From assembly GCA_963716255.1 (NCBI GenBank), contig OY970303.1:64001-128000 (forward strand): DNA of 64,000 bases. The letters run 5' to 3'. A program made the translations under genes and the position numbers. Of this stretch, positions 1 through 11,023 are shown piece by piece; position 1 is the stretch's first letter, and each line of letters opens with the position of its first letter. This DNA comes from an uncultured Gemmatimonadales bacterium (lineage in GTDB: Bacteria; Gemmatimonadota; Gemmatimonadetes; Longimicrobiales; Longimicrobiaceae). Below the pieces are notes generated by a model. It worked only from the letters and a program-made list of their open reading frames with translations. It did no database searches and was not told the origin of the DNA.

Positions 1-599
1 AGAGTTATGCTCTCTTCGAACTGATCGAAGATGAGCAACGGACGCGGGCCGGGTCTACGCCGGTCGGCTCCAGCGGTGCGCCCGGTGAGGCGAAGCCTCT
101 TCAAGCATGCTATTACTGCTTCGATCGAGAGCGGAACCTGTACTTCCCGCGGATCTCCAGGCTCGTCAGCGAAGAATATGGACGGCAGGTATGGCGCACC
201 CCCGTCAGGTGACGCCGAGATTCGCTCCACCAGGATCTCGCTTCCTTCGATGGACCGGACCCGCAGTCGCTCCGGCCAGAAGCCCTGACGCACAGCCGCC
301 GGAACAAAGCCGGCATTGATGAGCGAAGACTTACCGACCCCAGACTCGCCATACAGAAGAACTCCTCGGTAAACGGCCACGGAGCGCGTGAGGCGAACGA
401 TATCGTCAGCGCGAGCAAAAAAGATGGGCGCGTCGGCAAGCGTAAAGGCGCTGATCCCGCGGTACGGGGCAATTAGGGGCGCCGTAGGATCCGGCAGGTA
501 GCCTGCGAGCGGGGCGTGCTCCGCAGTCGGCACCGCGAGCATGTACTCGCCCATGTGCCCCGGCTGCCCGAATTCGCCGAGGGATGAATTCAAGGTCAT
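1..599 (-). CDS. nSTAND1-type P-loop NTPase, N-terminal part (runs off the left edge; not in ORF track)
   Basis: Manual translation from ATG 599, which overlaps the SIR2 stop (ATGA): ...PYRGISAFTLADAPIFFAR...VLLYGESGVGKSSLINAG (Walker A)...LLIFDQFEE (Walker B). Open to position 1. Confidence 0.85.
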   Translation of the reverse strand, partial: MTLNSSLGEFGQPGHMGEYMLAVPTAEHAPLAGYLPDPTAPLIAPYRGISAFTLADAPIFFARADDIVRLTRSVAVYRGVLLYGESGVGKSSLINAGFVPAAVRQGFWPERLRVRSIEGSEILVERISASPDGGAPYLPSIFFADEPGDPREVQVPLSIEAVIACLKRLRLTGRTAGADRRRPGPRPLLIFDQFEESIT

Positions 600-1525
600 G
601 CAGACATCTCCTTTCCACTCACCCGCTGGTACAACGAGGGAACGAACTTCCATACGTCCTGCGTGATGAAGAAGATCTGCGGTTCGGCGCCACCGCCGAA
701 GACCCGCATCAGCAGGGGATCGGGGCAGGGATCCACTGCGTAGGACGTAGGGAAGTCCGCGCGGTCCACCCTCCACCGCAGCGTCTTGAACAGAAGGCGG
801 AGGTTGTAGTCGGCGAGACTATACCCCACGAAGAGCGTTGGCCACCAGCGCATGAACGTGCGCACCCCCAGCGGAATTGGGTTCACCGGGTCCTTGTCGC
901 TCATCCGCAGTATGAAATGGATGTAATCTTCGTCCGTGACCACCATCGAGTCGCGCTGCTCGATATCGCCGTGGACTTTGAGGAGGAAAGGCTTGTTCTC
1001 GGGCGGAATCCCGCGCGGGAGGTCGCGCGTCACCTGGTTTTCATCGCGGCTGTAGATACAGTGGTCGAAGTCCTTGCCGGCGACGCCGAGAGCCCGCTCG
1101 AACAGCCGATCGTAGTTCGTGGTGATGATGATGGGGAAAGGCATGTCCGCGAGCGCACGAAGGACCGGCGATGGATGTCTCCCCGTGCTCACATTGCTGG
1201 TGATCTGCTCCACCAGCGCCGGGCGTCCCCTGCGCTGCTGGTATGCCATGGACATCCGCTGCAAGTTGCCCAGCTCCTCGTCGGGAAAGTCGCGGTCGTA
1301 GTTGCACTCCTGAGCTAAATGAGTGGACAGCTGCCGGCCCCGCGGGGGGGCATCCTTCGGGGTGTACTTGAAACGCTCCTGCAACTCCAAGTCGTCCGGG
1401 GAGCTGTGGACCCCAGCGCCCAGGAATAGTATGCACTTACCGCTTCCCACATGCCTCGCGACTTCTTCCATCTGAGAATCACCGGGATCGGCAACCGACG
1501 CGGGTACCTTTCGTTCGACGCTCAT
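596..1525 (-). CDS. SIR2-like (SIR2_2 family) protein
   Basis: Motifs ILFLGAG, IITTNYD, LLKVHG, TLFVGYSLADYN. Confidence 0.88.
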   Translation of the reverse strand: MSVERKVPASVADPGDSQMEEVARHVGSGKCILFLGAGVHSSPDDLELQERFKYTPKDAPPRGRQLSTHLAQECNYDRDFPDEELGNLQRMSMAYQQRRGRPALVEQITSNVSTGRHPSPVLRALADMPFPIIITTNYDRLFERALGVAGKDFDHCIYSRDENQVTRDLPRGIPPENKPFLLKVHGDIEQRDSMVVTDEDYIHFILRMSDKDPVNPIPLGVRTFMRWWPTLFVGYSLADYNLRLLFKTLRWRVDRADFPTSYAVDPCPDPLLMRVFGGGAEPQIFFITQDVWKFVPSLYQRVSGKEMSA

Positions 1526-1911
1526 GCGAGGACTTGAAAGTGGGAAGTGAGCTGTAGAGGTCGTGAATACGGAGAAAGCAGCTTGTCAGGCGAGGACCGT
1601 CTCGGCGCACTCAGGGAAGCAGCCCGCCTATCCGCGGGTACAGAGCCGGGTCAAACCGCACGCACGCCGCTCATGAGTATTACCTACCATGGCAGCGATA
1701 AACGCCGGGTACCGGGCTTCTCCCAGAATGATAGCACGTTGTCCGTGAAAATCACGAAAAATTTGTCTGGGGCCAGAAAAACTTCATACTCACCATTTGT
1801 CTCATACCTCTCCAAGTGCGGTAGCCCACGCGGGTTCAGCCATCCCCGCGGGTCACTGCCGCTTGAGTCGGATCTACTCCGGCTCGGAAGTCGCAGCTTC
1901 GGCTCACCCGC

Positions 1912-1969
1912 GGAACGGCAAACGGCGGAACGGCACCTGATCGGTCGCCGTTCCGCCGTTTGCCGTTCC
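1912..1969. repeat. 23-bp perfect inverted repeat built from AACGGC units; possible terminator or tail of repeat A1
   Basis: GGAACGGCAAACGGCGGAACGGC ... GCCGTTCCGCCGTTTGCCGTTCC. Confidence 0.7.
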
Positions 1970-1990
1970 CGTAGTTCCCATATTATGTCA

Positions 1991-2121
1991 CGGAGGGAGA
2001 CTCGCCGGCTGTTTGGCGAGGCTCCCTCCAGCGAGGGGAGACCCGGGGGCAGTTTCCCGGGGCTCCCGGAGCCCGCGGAGGAGACCGGCAGCAGTATCGC
2101 CGGGCTCCGCAGCGGCCCGCC
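1991..2121 (-). repeat. Structured dispersed repeat family A, copy 1
   Basis: Aligns with 12004-12136, 16644-16773, 19844-19975 and 60122-60252; three GAGC-stem-A[AT]ACNGCC-stem-TCTC modules. Confidence 0.85.
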
Positions 2122-2136
2122 ACGACAGCAGGAAGC

Positions 2137-4299
2137 TCAGCCGACCGTCTGCACGGCCCTGTCGACCACCACGGCGGCACCGGAGTCGACGGAGGGATTC
2201 TGCGAGACCTCCGTGAACCGCGCGATGTAGCCGTTCAGCCGCTCCGACACGTCGCGCAGCGCGGAGGCGGCGCGCTCGATCTCGGCCAGCGACGCAGCCT
2301 GGGCGCGCGCATCGTCGGCGACGGCGCGGACACCGGCCCCGTTCCGCTCCGCCACCTCGGCCACCGCGCCGAACTCGTCGTGCAGCCCGGCGATCCCGGA
2401 CCGCTGCTCAGCAACCCGCTCGGCGATGCGCCCGGTGAGCCGCGCCGCGCCCTCGGCCGCGGCGACGATGCGCTCCACCGCCTCCAGCGCCACCCGCGAC
2501 AGGTCGCCCACGTCGGCAACGCGCTGCGCCCCCTGCTCCATGCGGCGCACCGTGGTCGCCACCTGCTCGCCGATGGCGCCGGCCATCTCCATGGCCTCCT
2601 GCGAGGCGCGGGCGCTGGAATCGGCCAGCTTGCGGACCTCGTCCGCGACCACGGCGAAGCCGCGCCCGTGCTCGCCGGCGCGCGCCGCCTCGATGGCCGC
2701 GTTCAGCGCCAGCAGGTTGGTCTGGTCGGCGAAGTCGCGGATCGCGCCCACCACGCTGGAGATGCGCTCCGACGCGCCGGCGAGCCGCCCGATCTCGGCC
2801 GACTCCACGTCCACGAAGTCGCGCAGCTCCACCAGCCGCCCCACCGCCTCGAAGATGGCGCCGCGGTTCTCGGCGGCGAGCCGTCCGGCGTCGCGGCTGC
2901 GCTCGGCCACCACGGAGGCGTCGTCCGCCATCTCGGCGGCGGCGGCCGCGAGCCGCGAGGTCAGCTCCAGGCCGGCCGCGGTGCGGTGCCCCTGCACCTC
3001 GATGCCGCCGCGGATCTCGGCGGCGTGCGCGGCCACCCGCTCGCCGCTCTCGCGCATCCCGGTGGCGGTGCCGCCCAGGGCGCGCAGCTGCGTCTCGATC
3101 TCGCCGGCGGCGTGGACCATGGGGCGCACCAGTGAGTCCAGCTGCAGCGCGAGCGCCACCTGCCGCCCGAAGCGCTCGATCAGCCGCAGCTCGGCGGCGC
3201 CGTAGGTGTGCGGGCGGTGGTGCGCGATCTCCAGCACCCCCGTCACCTCGCGGCCGTAGCGCAGCGGCTGCTCCACCACGGAGCGCAGCTCGCCTCCGCC
3301 GGGGAGGCGCGGGTCGCGCAGGGCGTCCTCCACCGCCAGGGCTTCCCCGGCGGCCAGGGCGGCGCGGCGAAGCCCCCGGGCGGCGTCCAGCGCGGCGGGG
3401 GGAGGCGTGGCGGGGTAGATGGGGACCAGCTCGTCGCCGGAGCGGGCATAGACGTGCAGCCAGCGCCACTCGATGAGGCGGCCGGCCAGCCGCTCGATGT
3501 CGCCCAGAGATTCGTGCAGGGGGACGCCGGCGGAGATCACCGTTTCCATCGCCATCACCTTGCGCAGCTCCTCCGAGGCGATGGCTTCCAGCACCAGCGC
3601 GCGGGCGAAGACCCCCGCCGCCCCGATGAACGCCAGGACGAAGAGCCACCCCAGGTGGTCGCCGTACAGGGCGAAGGCGGCGGCGACCGAGAGCATGGCC
3701 GCCGTGCCCAGCGCGGCGGCGATCACCTCGTGGCGGAAGAGCACCATCCACTCGCCCGGCTGGAGCTTGCCGCGGAAGGCGAGGGAGAAGTAGAAGAGCC
3801 CGCGGGAAAAGAGGAAGTAGGCGATCAGGTAGGCGACCAGCGCGGGGACGGCGTCCACCGACAGCTCGTAGCGGGTGCCGGGCGGCGCCACCGCGCGCTC
3901 CGCCGCCAGGAACACCCCGGCGGAGCCGCAGGCCACGAGCGCCTCGCGCCCGGCGTTGACCAGCCCGGGGACGGCGCCGCGCCGCCGCAGCAGGTCGCCC
4001 GCGGCGGTCCCCGCCCACGCCGCGGCCACGGCCACGACGGGAAAGCCGAGCACCGTGAGCGCCCCCACGGGGACCACCGTCATGGTGACGTACGCGTACT
4101 TGGAGAGCGGCACCGCCCACCAGCGCAGCGCAGCGACCGCCGCGGCGCCCGCGGCGGCGAGCCCCCAGCCGCGGGCGTCCGGCGGCGCGGCGGCGAGCGC
4201 GGCGAGGAGGACCAGCCCCCCCGCCCACGTCATCCCCCGCGCGAAGACCCGAAGCACGGCCGTGGCCGGCGGGGGGAGCGGCGCCTCAGCCGCCGCCAT
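2137..4299 (-). CDS. Methyl-accepting chemotaxis protein with multi-TM N-terminus and GAF domain
   Basis: MCP signature [34 protein letters not shown]; hydrophobic N-terminus; GAF-like middle. Start re-called to ATG 4299, overlapping the trpA end. Confidence 0.88.
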   Translation of the reverse strand: MAAAEAPLPPPATAVLRVFARGMTWAGGLVLLAALAAAPPDARGWGLAAAGAAAVAALRWWAVPLSKYAYVTMTVVPVGALTVLGFPVVAVAAAWAGTAAGDLLRRRGAVPGLVNAGREALVACGSAGVFLAAERAVAPPGTRYELSVDAVPALVAYLIAYFLFSRGLFYFSLAFRGKLQPGEWMVLFRHEVIAAALGTAAMLSVAAAFALYGDHLGWLFVLAFIGAAGVFARALVLEAIASEELRKVMAMETVISAGVPLHESLGDIERLAGRLIEWRWLHVYARSGDELVPIYPATPPPAALDAARGLRRAALAAGEALAVEDALRDPRLPGGGELRSVVEQPLRYGREVTGVLEIAHHRPHTYGAAELRLIERFGRQVALALQLDSLVRPMVHAAGEIETQLRALGGTATGMRESGERVAAHAAEIRGGIEVQGHRTAAGLELTSRLAAAAAEMADDASVVAERSRDAGRLAAENRGAIFEAVGRLVELRDFVDVESAEIGRLAGASERISSVVGAIRDFADQTNLLALNAAIEAARAGEHGRGFAVVADEVRKLADSSARASQEAMEMAGAIGEQVATTVRRMEQGAQRVADVGDLSRVALEAVERIVAAAEGAARLTGRIAERVAEQRSGIAGLHDEFGAVAEVAERNGAGVRAVADDARAQAASLAEIERAASALRDVSERLNGYIARFTEVSQNPSVDSGAAVVVDRAVQTVG

Positions 4300-5110
4300 C
4301 CCCGCCCCGCACCGTCGCTCGTCGCAGCGCCCGCACCAGCGGGCGGGCGCCCTCCACGCCCTCGCGGCCCAGCAGCTCCACCAGCGCGCTCCCCACCACC
4401 ACGCCGTCCGCGAGGCGCGCCACGGTCGCGGCCTGCTCCGGCGTGGAGATGCCGAAGCCCACCGCCACCGGGACCGGGGTCGCGGCACGCAGCTCGGCCA
4501 CCTCGGCCTCCAGCCCGGAGGCCAGCTCCTGCCGCGCGCCGGTGACGCCGGTGCGCGACACGTAGTACAGGAACCCGCGCGCCGCCGCGGCGATCTCGCG
4601 CACCCGCGCCGGGAGCGTGGTGGGCGCGACCAGCCGGATCAGGTCCAGCGGCGACTCCGCGAAGGCCGCTTCCAGCTCCGGGTCGGCGCCCACGGGGAGG
4701 TCGGTGAGGAGCACGCCCTGGGCGCCCGCCTCCGCCGCGTCGCGCAGGAAGGCGTCCACGCCGTACCGGAGCACCGGGTTCAGGTAGGTGAAGAGGATGA
4801 CCGTGGTTTCGTGCTCGCGGCGGAAGGCGCGCAGCGCCTCCAGCGTCCAGCGCAGGTCCACGCCCTGGCGGATGGCGTCGAAGGAGGAGCGCTGGATGGT
4901 GGGCCCGTCGGCCAGGGGGTCGCTGAAGGGAACCCCCAGCTCGATCACGTCGGCGCCCTCCTCGGCGAGCATGCGCAGCAGCGGCGCGGTGGCGTCCGGG
5001 GAGGGGTGGCCGGCGGTGACGTAGGGGATCAGCGCGGCCCGTCCCTCGGCCGCCGCGCGCTCGAACGCGCGCCCCAGCGTCGCCGCCTCAGACGAAGTAG
5101 TCGCCGACAT
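4286..5110 (-). CDS. trpA: Tryptophan synthase alpha subunit
   Basis: [41 protein letters not shown]. Confidence 0.97.
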   Translation of the reverse strand: MSATTSSEAATLGRAFERAAAEGRAALIPYVTAGHPSPDATAPLLRMLAEEGADVIELGVPFSDPLADGPTIQRSSFDAIRQGVDLRWTLEALRAFRREHETTVILFTYLNPVLRYGVDAFLRDAAEAGAQGVLLTDLPVGADPELEAAFAESPLDLIRLVAPTTLPARVREIAAAARGFLYYVSRTGVTGARQELASGLEAEVAELRAATPVPVAVGFGISTPEQAATVARLADGVVVGSALVELLGREGVEGARPLVRALRRATVRGGDGGG

Positions 5111-6554
5111 GGATTCCGTACCGCTCCGGGTCCGTGGTCTTGATGATGGTGCGCCGCGGGGCGCCCGGCTCGGGGGCGAACAGGTCCACCTCCAGGGGCG
5201 GGTCCACCGGCTGCCCCATGGAATCGAAGATGATGCGGACGACGGGCTCGTTGAGCGCCTCCGGCCGGGGGTTGGGGGCCGTGACCACCGCCATCTCGTA
5301 GGTGTCCAGCACCACCACGCTCCCCACCGGGTAGATGCCGGTCATGGCGATGAACGCCTTGACCAGCAGCGGGTCCATCCCCCGGTGCGGGTTGTCGCGC
5401 AGCTCCCCCAGCGCCCGGTCGGGGAGCCAGGGCTGCTGGTAGCTCCGCTTGGTGGTGGCGGCGTCGAAGGCGTCGGCCACCGCCACGATGCGGGGGAAGA
5501 GGGTGGGGTCGCGGGGGCGCTTGACCGTGGGGTAGCCGGAAAGGTCCAGCTTCATGTGGTGCTCGTAGACGCTGAGCATGGGGCGCAGCGGGAGGTCCGC
5601 CAGCCCGCGCATGTCGAAGAGCGCCAGGAAGCCCTCGGTGGTGTGCTCGCGCATCAGCGCCAGCTCCTCGGGGGTCAGCGGGCCCGTCTTGTTGATCAGC
5701 TCCAGCGAGATGCGCACCTTGCCCACGTCGTGCATCAGCCCCCCGAAGCCCAGCTCGTACAGCTCGTGCTTCCCCAGCCCCAGCTTCTTGCCCAGCGCCA
5801 CGCTGAAGATGCAGACGTTGACGCAGTGGGTGAAGGTGTACTCGTCGTAGTCGCGGAGCGTGGTCATCCCCACGATGGAGGTCTCGTTGGTGAGGACCTG
5901 GTCCACGATGGACTGCACGGCCCGCTTCACCCCGCGCATGCTCACGCTGCGCCCGATGCGCACCGCGGCCATGGCCTCGCGCGCCACCGCCACCGTCTGC
6001 GCGTAGGTTCGCTTCGCCACCTCGCGCGCCTCGTCGGGGTCGCGCGGGTTGGCCTCGGTCTCCACCTCGGGCACCGCCACGATGGCGCGGACCGAGGTGC
6101 GCCCCAGCCGCTCCGCGAAGCGGGCGAAGGGGTCTTCCGCGTCCGGCTCGGCCAGCAGCAGCGACAGGAAGGCGGTCCAGTCGGCCACCCCGGCCGCGGG
6201 GCCCACGTCCAGCTGCCCCACGCCGTGCGCCCGCAGCGTCCGCCCCACCGCGCTGAAGGTGGCGAAGCTCCCCAGGTCGATCCGCATGCGCAGGTCGTTG
6301 AGGAAGACGAAGTCGCCCACGTAGCGCAGCGACACGGAGCCCTCGGTGGCGACCACCTGCTTCACCGCGGCGTCCAGCTCGGCCAGGGCGTTCTGGACCG
6401 TCTGGTTCTCCAGCGGATACATCTTGAGCACGCGCAGCGAGGCGTACAGCGCGAAGAGCAGCTCGCGGCCGGCGCGCTGCAGCCCGCGCTCGTCGGCGGG
6501 GGCGGGCTCGCCGCCCTGCGGGGCGTCGGCGGGGAGGAGGCCGGGGGTGCTCAC
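5088..6554 (-). CDS. HD-GYP domain phosphodiesterase
   Basis: YTFTHCVNV, MHDVGK, EHH...SGYP, RIVAVADAFDA; GTG start overlaps the upstream stop (GTGA). Confidence 0.88.
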   Translation of the reverse strand: MSTPGLLPADAPQGGEPAPADERGLQRAGRELLFALYASLRVLKMYPLENQTVQNALAELDAAVKQVVATEGSVSLRYVGDFVFLNDLRMRIDLGSFATFSAVGRTLRAHGVGQLDVGPAAGVADWTAFLSLLLAEPDAEDPFARFAERLGRTSVRAIVAVPEVETEANPRDPDEAREVAKRTYAQTVAVAREAMAAVRIGRSVSMRGVKRAVQSIVDQVLTNETSIVGMTTLRDYDEYTFTHCVNVCIFSVALGKKLGLGKHELYELGFGGLMHDVGKVRISLELINKTGPLTPEELALMREHTTEGFLALFDMRGLADLPLRPMLSVYEHHMKLDLSGYPTVKRPRDPTLFPRIVAVADAFDAATTKRSYQQPWLPDRALGELRDNPHRGMDPLLVKAFIAMTGIYPVGSVVVLDTYEMAVVTAPNPRPEALNEPVVRIIFDSMGQPVDPPLEVDLFAPEPGAPRRTIIKTTDPERYGIHVGDYFV

Positions 6555-8230
6555 GCGTCGATCCCGCGCAGGGCGCGGCCCACGGCGCTGCGGACCACCG
6601 GGTCGGCGTCGGCGGAGGCGCCGGCGAGGGACCGGCGGGCCGCGGGGAGGCCAGAGCGGGCGAGTCCCAGCGCCGCGCAGGCCCGCATCTCGGGCGTTTC
6701 CCTGCGGCCCAGCCAGCTCTTGCCGTTGAGCATGCGGTCCAGCAGCGCCACCCCCTCCTCCCCGGCGACGGAACCGAACGCCTCGAAGAAGGCGATGCGC
6801 TCGGTGAGGTCGGCCTCGCGGAGCCGCCTGGAATCGAGCGCCGCCTCCAGCACCGGACGCGCGGGCGTGTAGCGGAGCGCGGCGAGCGCGCGCGCCGCGG
6901 CGATGCGCACCTCGCGCTCGGCGTCTTCCAGGGCGCCCTGGAGCGCGTGCGCCGCCACCGGGCTGCGCAGCGCCAGCAGCGTTTCCACCGCCACCAGGCG
7001 CAGCGGGAGCTCCGGGCGGGCGAGCTGGCGCGCCACCTCCGGCCCCGCCGTGGCGAAGCCGCGCCGCCCCGCGAGGCGCGCGGCCCCGGCCGCGATGCGC
7101 GGGTCCTCGTGCGCCAGCAGCGGCAGCAGCCGCTCGCCCTCCCTGCCGGCCAGGCGCTCCGCGGCCTCCAGCACCGCCGCGCGCACTCCCTCCACCGGCG
7201 TCGCCTCGGCGGCGCGCAGCAGCGAGGGAAGGGCGTCCGGCGGGAAGAAGGAAAGGAGCGCGCCCAGCCCGGCGAGCGCATCGGCGCCGGGGGCCTCCTC
7301 CACCGTGCGGATCAGCTCGTCTACCGTTTCCCCCTGCGACAGCCGCTCGAACAGGGCGCGGACGGCGCGCAGAACCGCCGGGGAAAGGGCCCCTGGGCGG
7401 GTGGCGATCCCCACCAGCTCGCGCAGCAGCGACGCGGCGAGCGGCAGGTTTCCGGAGCCCAGCAGCGTGGGGAGGAGGTCGGCGAGGATGCGGACGATCT
7501 GCTCCTGCCGCACGGGGGCGCCGTCCTCCAGCCGGTCGAAGAGGCCGGACAGCACGTCGCCCCACAGGTCGCGCTCCTGCTCGCGGCGCACCTCGGCCTC
7601 CAGGCGGCGCAGGTCGGCCTCGTCCAAAAAGTACAGCGCCTCGCGGAAGTCCTCGCGGCTCACGGTGGAGACCAGCGTGGACTCCTCCTCGCGCGGCGGG
7701 GGGATGGGCTTCGGGGGCGTCCCGCTCCCGGCGGGGAGCGCGACGCCCTCGGGGAGCGCTTCCACGTAGCGGTAGCGCAGGTGCTGCCAGTCGCGGTCCC
7801 AGAGCAGGGTGAGGAGGTCGTCCTCGTCCGCCTTGAGGCGCTGCACCCGCACCAGGATCTCCAGGAACATCCCCAGCTCCTCCTCCTCGAAGCCGGGGAG
7901 GAAGACCAGCTCGCGCACGCCGTCGCGGTACAGCAGGAAGGCGAAGTCCTCGGAGCGGGTCTCGCCGCGGTACACCGGCTCCCCCTCCCACCCCACCTCG
8001 TTCTCCTCCACGTGCAGCGCGAGGCGCGGGAGCCGGTCCCACAGCCCGGCCATACGGGTGCGCACCGCGTCCACGAAGCGGTCCACCGCCGGGTTGTTGC
8101 CGTCGTAGAGGAGGTGCACGCGCAGCGAGCGCCCCAGGTCGCGCACCAGCTCCTGGACGGCCTCCCGCTCGGCGGGGGACGGACCGCTCGGCTCGCCCTG
8201 GGCGTCCATCCGCGGGGCCGGTGCGCTCAT
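6551..8230 (-). CDS. HEAT-repeat protein
   Basis: C-terminal HEAT-like repeats (DAEREVRIAAARAL, DADPVVRSAV); start re-called to ATG 8230. Confidence 0.8.
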   Translation of the reverse strand: MSAPAPRMDAQGEPSGPSPAEREAVQELVRDLGRSLRVHLLYDGNNPAVDRFVDAVRTRMAGLWDRLPRLALHVEENEVGWEGEPVYRGETRSEDFAFLLYRDGVRELVFLPGFEEEELGMFLEILVRVQRLKADEDDLLTLLWDRDWQHLRYRYVEALPEGVALPAGSGTPPKPIPPPREEESTLVSTVSREDFREALYFLDEADLRRLEAEVRREQERDLWGDVLSGLFDRLEDGAPVRQEQIVRILADLLPTLLGSGNLPLAASLLRELVGIATRPGALSPAVLRAVRALFERLSQGETVDELIRTVEEAPGADALAGLGALLSFFPPDALPSLLRAAEATPVEGVRAAVLEAAERLAGREGERLLPLLAHEDPRIAAGAARLAGRRGFATAGPEVARQLARPELPLRLVAVETLLALRSPVAAHALQGALEDAEREVRIAAARALAALRYTPARPVLEAALDSRRLREADLTERIAFFEAFGSVAGEEGVALLDRMLNGKSWLGRRETPEMRACAALGLARSGLPAARRSLAGASADADPVVRSAVGRALRGIDA

Positions 8231-8240
8231 GGGGTGCGGC

Positions 8241-9455
8241 TCAGGCCCGGCCGGCGGAAAGCTCGGCCACCTGCGCGACGTCCTTGTCGCCGCGGCCGCT
8301 GAGGCACACCACCACCGGCCCGGAGTCGGCCCAGCGGGCACCGTCGCGCAGGAGATGGGCGATGGCGTGCGCCGTTTCCAGCGCGGGGATGATCCCCTCC
8401 AGCCGGGCCAGCCGCTCGAAGGCTTCCAGCGCCTCGGCGTCGGTGACGGACACGTACATGGCGCGGCCGGAGTCCTTGAGGTGCGAGTGCTCCGGCCCCA
8501 CGCCGGGGTAGTCCAGCCCGGCGGAGACCGAGTGCGCCTCGGTCACCTGCCCGGCCTCGTCCTGGAGCAGGTACGAGCGGCTCCCCTGGAAGACGCCGGG
8601 GCTCCCCTGGGTCAGGGTGGCGGCGTGGCGTCCGGTGTGCACCCCCTCCCCCGCCGCCTCCACCCCCACCAGCTCCACCTCCGCGTCCGCCACGAACGGG
8701 GCGAACATCCCGATGGCGTTGGAGCCCCCGCCCACGCAGGCGATCACCGCCGCGGGGAGGCGCCCCTCCACCTCCAGGACCTGCGCGCGGCTCTCGCGGC
8801 CGATGACCGACTGGAAGTCGCGCACCATGCGCGGAAACGGGTCGGGGCCCACGGCGGAGCCCAGCACGTAGTGCGTGTCGCGGACGTTGGCGACCCAGTC
8901 GCGCATGGCCTCGTTGCCGGCGTCCTTGAGGGTGCGTGTGCCGCTGCCGACGGGCCGCACCTCGGCGCCCAGCAGCCGCATGCGGTAGACGTTGAGCGCC
9001 TGCCGGCGGATGTCCTCCTCGCCCATGTAGACGATGCAGGGGAGCCCGAAGAGCGCGCAGGCGGTTGCGGTGGCGACGCCGTGCTGCCCCGCCCCGGTCT
9101 CGGCGATGATGCGCTGCTTCCCCATGCGCCGGGCGAGGAGCACCTGGCCCAGGGAGTTGTTGATCTTGTGCGCGCCGGTGTGGTTCAGGTCCTCGCGCTT
9201 CAGGTACACGGTCCCCACGCCCGCGGCCTCGCCCAGCCGCCGCGCCCGGTACAGCGGGGTGGGCCGGCCCACGTAGTCGCGCCAGAGCGCGTCCAGCTCC
9301 GCCCAGAACGCCGGGTCCGCCGAAGCCTGGGCGTAGGTGGCCGCCAGCTCGTCCAGCGCGGTGACGAGTGTCTCGGGGACGAAGCGCCCCCCGAACTTGC
9401 CGAAGCGGCCCGACACGTCGCCGGGGCTCGCCGCCGATGCTGCGGTGGAGGACAT
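8241..9455 (-). CDS. trpB: Tryptophan synthase beta subunit
   Basis: [46 protein letters not shown]. Confidence 0.98.
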   Translation of the reverse strand: MSSTAASAASPGDVSGRFGKFGGRFVPETLVTALDELAATYAQASADPAFWAELDALWRDYVGRPTPLYRARRLGEAAGVGTVYLKREDLNHTGAHKINNSLGQVLLARRMGKQRIIAETGAGQHGVATATACALFGLPCIVYMGEEDIRRQALNVYRMRLLGAEVRPVGSGTRTLKDAGNEAMRDWVANVRDTHYVLGSAVGPDPFPRMVRDFQSVIGRESRAQVLEVEGRLPAAVIACVGGGSNAIGMFAPFVADAEVELVGVEAAGEGVHTGRHAATLTQGSPGVFQGSRSYLLQDEAGQVTEAHSVSAGLDYPGVGPEHSHLKDSGRAMYVSVTDAEALEAFERLARLEGIIPALETAHAIAHLLRDGARWADSGPVVVCLSGRGDKDVAQVAELSAGRA

Positions 9456-10127
9456 CTATGCCGTTTCCTGCTGGTCGTTCTGCGGCGCGCGGAGCGCGGC
9501 CGCGAAGGTACGGATCGCCGAGGGGTCCTTGATCCCGGGGGCGGACTCCACCCCGGAGCTCACGTCCACCACGTCGGGACGGAGGAGCGCGACCGCGCGG
9601 GCCACGTTGTCGGCCCGCATCCCGCCCGCCACCACCAGCGCCAGCCCGGCGGGGATCTCGCCGCGCACCGCGGCCACCTCCTCCCAGGGAAAGGCGGTGC
9701 CGGTGCCGCCGTGCGCCCTCGCCGAGAAGCCGTCCAGCAGCAGAGCATCGGCCACGCCGGCATAGCGCTCCACCCCGGCGCGCAGCTCCGCCGCGCCGCG
9801 GGGCCGCAGCGCCTTCCACACGGTCCAGCGGCCCTCCTCCCTGAGCTCGCGGAGCAGATCCGGGGGCTCGTCGCCGTGGAGCTGGAGCACGTGCAGCCCG
9901 GCCGCCTCCGCCGCCCGCCGCAGCTCGCCGCCGGCGGCGTCCACGAACACGCCCACGCGGCGCGCCGGGAGCCCGGCGAGGAGCGTGCCCGCGTCTTCCG
10001 CGGCGACGGTGCGCTTCCCCCCGGGGGCGAGCACCACCCCCAGGAACGCGGCGCCCGCCCCGGAGGCCGCCTCGGCGTCCGCGCGGCGGGTGATGCCGCA
10101 CACCTTGAGGGCGGGCGCGCCGCTCAC
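9456..10127 (-). CDS. trpF: Phosphoribosylanthranilate isomerase
   Basis: LKVCGIT, QLHGDE, GGTGTAF, VDVSSGVESAPGIKD; GTG start overlaps the trpC stop. Confidence 0.95.
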   Translation of the reverse strand: MSGAPALKVCGITRRADAEAASGAGAAFLGVVLAPGGKRTVAAEDAGTLLAGLPARRVGVFVDAAGGELRRAAEAAGLHVLQLHGDEPPDLLRELREEGRWTVWKALRPRGAAELRAGVERYAGVADALLLDGFSARAHGGTGTAFPWEEVAAVRGEIPAGLALVVAGGMRADNVARAVALLRPDVVDVSSGVESAPGIKDPSAIRTFAAALRAPQNDQQETA

Positions 10128-10921
10128 GGGCGGGCGGCGGGGTCGCGGGGGCGCCCGGCCAGGGCGGCGGCGGCGGCCCGCAGGTCGTCCTGCCGCATCA
10201 GCGACTCGCCCACCAGCACCGCGTCCACGCCGGCGGCGCCCAGCCGGTCCACGTCCGCGGCGGTGCGGATGCCGCTCTCGGCGACCAGCGTCACCGCGCC
10301 GGGGACGGACCCTGCGAGCCGGACCGAGAGGCCGAGGTCGGTGGTGAAGCTCGCCAGGTCGCGGTTGTTGACGCCCACCAGCCGCGCCCCGGCGGCGAGC
10401 GCGCGCTCCAGCTCCCCGGCGTCGTGCACCTCCACCAGCGCGTCCATTCCCTCCTCCGCCGCGAGCCCCAGCAGCTCGGCGAGGCGCGCGTCGTCCAGGA
10501 TGCGCGCGATGAGCAGGACGGCGTCCGCGCCTGCGGCGCGCGCCTCCCACAGCTGCACCGGGTCGATGAGGAAGTCCTTGCGGATGGCCGGGAGCCCCAC
10601 CTCCGCGCGGACGCGGCGAAGCGCGTCCAGGTCGCCCCCGAAGAATTCGCGGTCGGTGAGCACCGAGACCGCGGCCGCCCCGCCGCTCTCGTACGCGCGG
10701 GCGACCTCCACCGGATTCGCGCCGGGCCGGATCTCCCCGGCGGAGGGGGAGCGGCGCTTGACCTCGGCGAGGAGGCGGACCTCCCCGGGACGGCGGAGCG
10801 CCGCCGCGAAGCCGCGGGCGGGCGGCGCGTCGGCGGCGAGGGCGCGAAGCTCCGCGCGCCGCGGAGCAAGGTCCGCGACCTCGCCCCGCTTGGTGTCCAC
10901 GATGCGCTGCAGGATGCTCAA
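10124..10921 (-). CDS. trpC: Indole-3-glycerol phosphate synthase
   Basis: AEVKRRSPSAG, SVLTD, RKDF, GVNNRDL, AESGI, LVGESLM; probable TTG start. Confidence 0.95.
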   Translation of the reverse strand: MSILQRIVDTKRGEVADLAPRRAELRALAADAPPARGFAAALRRPGEVRLLAEVKRRSPSAGEIRPGANPVEVARAYESGGAAAVSVLTDREFFGGDLDALRRVRAEVGLPAIRKDFLIDPVQLWEARAAGADAVLLIARILDDARLAELLGLAAEEGMDALVEVHDAGELERALAAGARLVGVNNRDLASFTTDLGLSVRLAGSVPGAVTLVAESGIRTAADVDRLGAAGVDAVLVGESLMRQDDLRAAAAALAGRPRDPAARP

Positions 10922-11023
10922 GAACTCTTCAAAAGGGCGCCGCGGCGCGCTCGCGCGGAACACCGGAAAAGGGGCCCGCGGGCGCCGTTTTCGACCGGGA
11001 GGAAGGCCTTCCGCACGAGCGGC

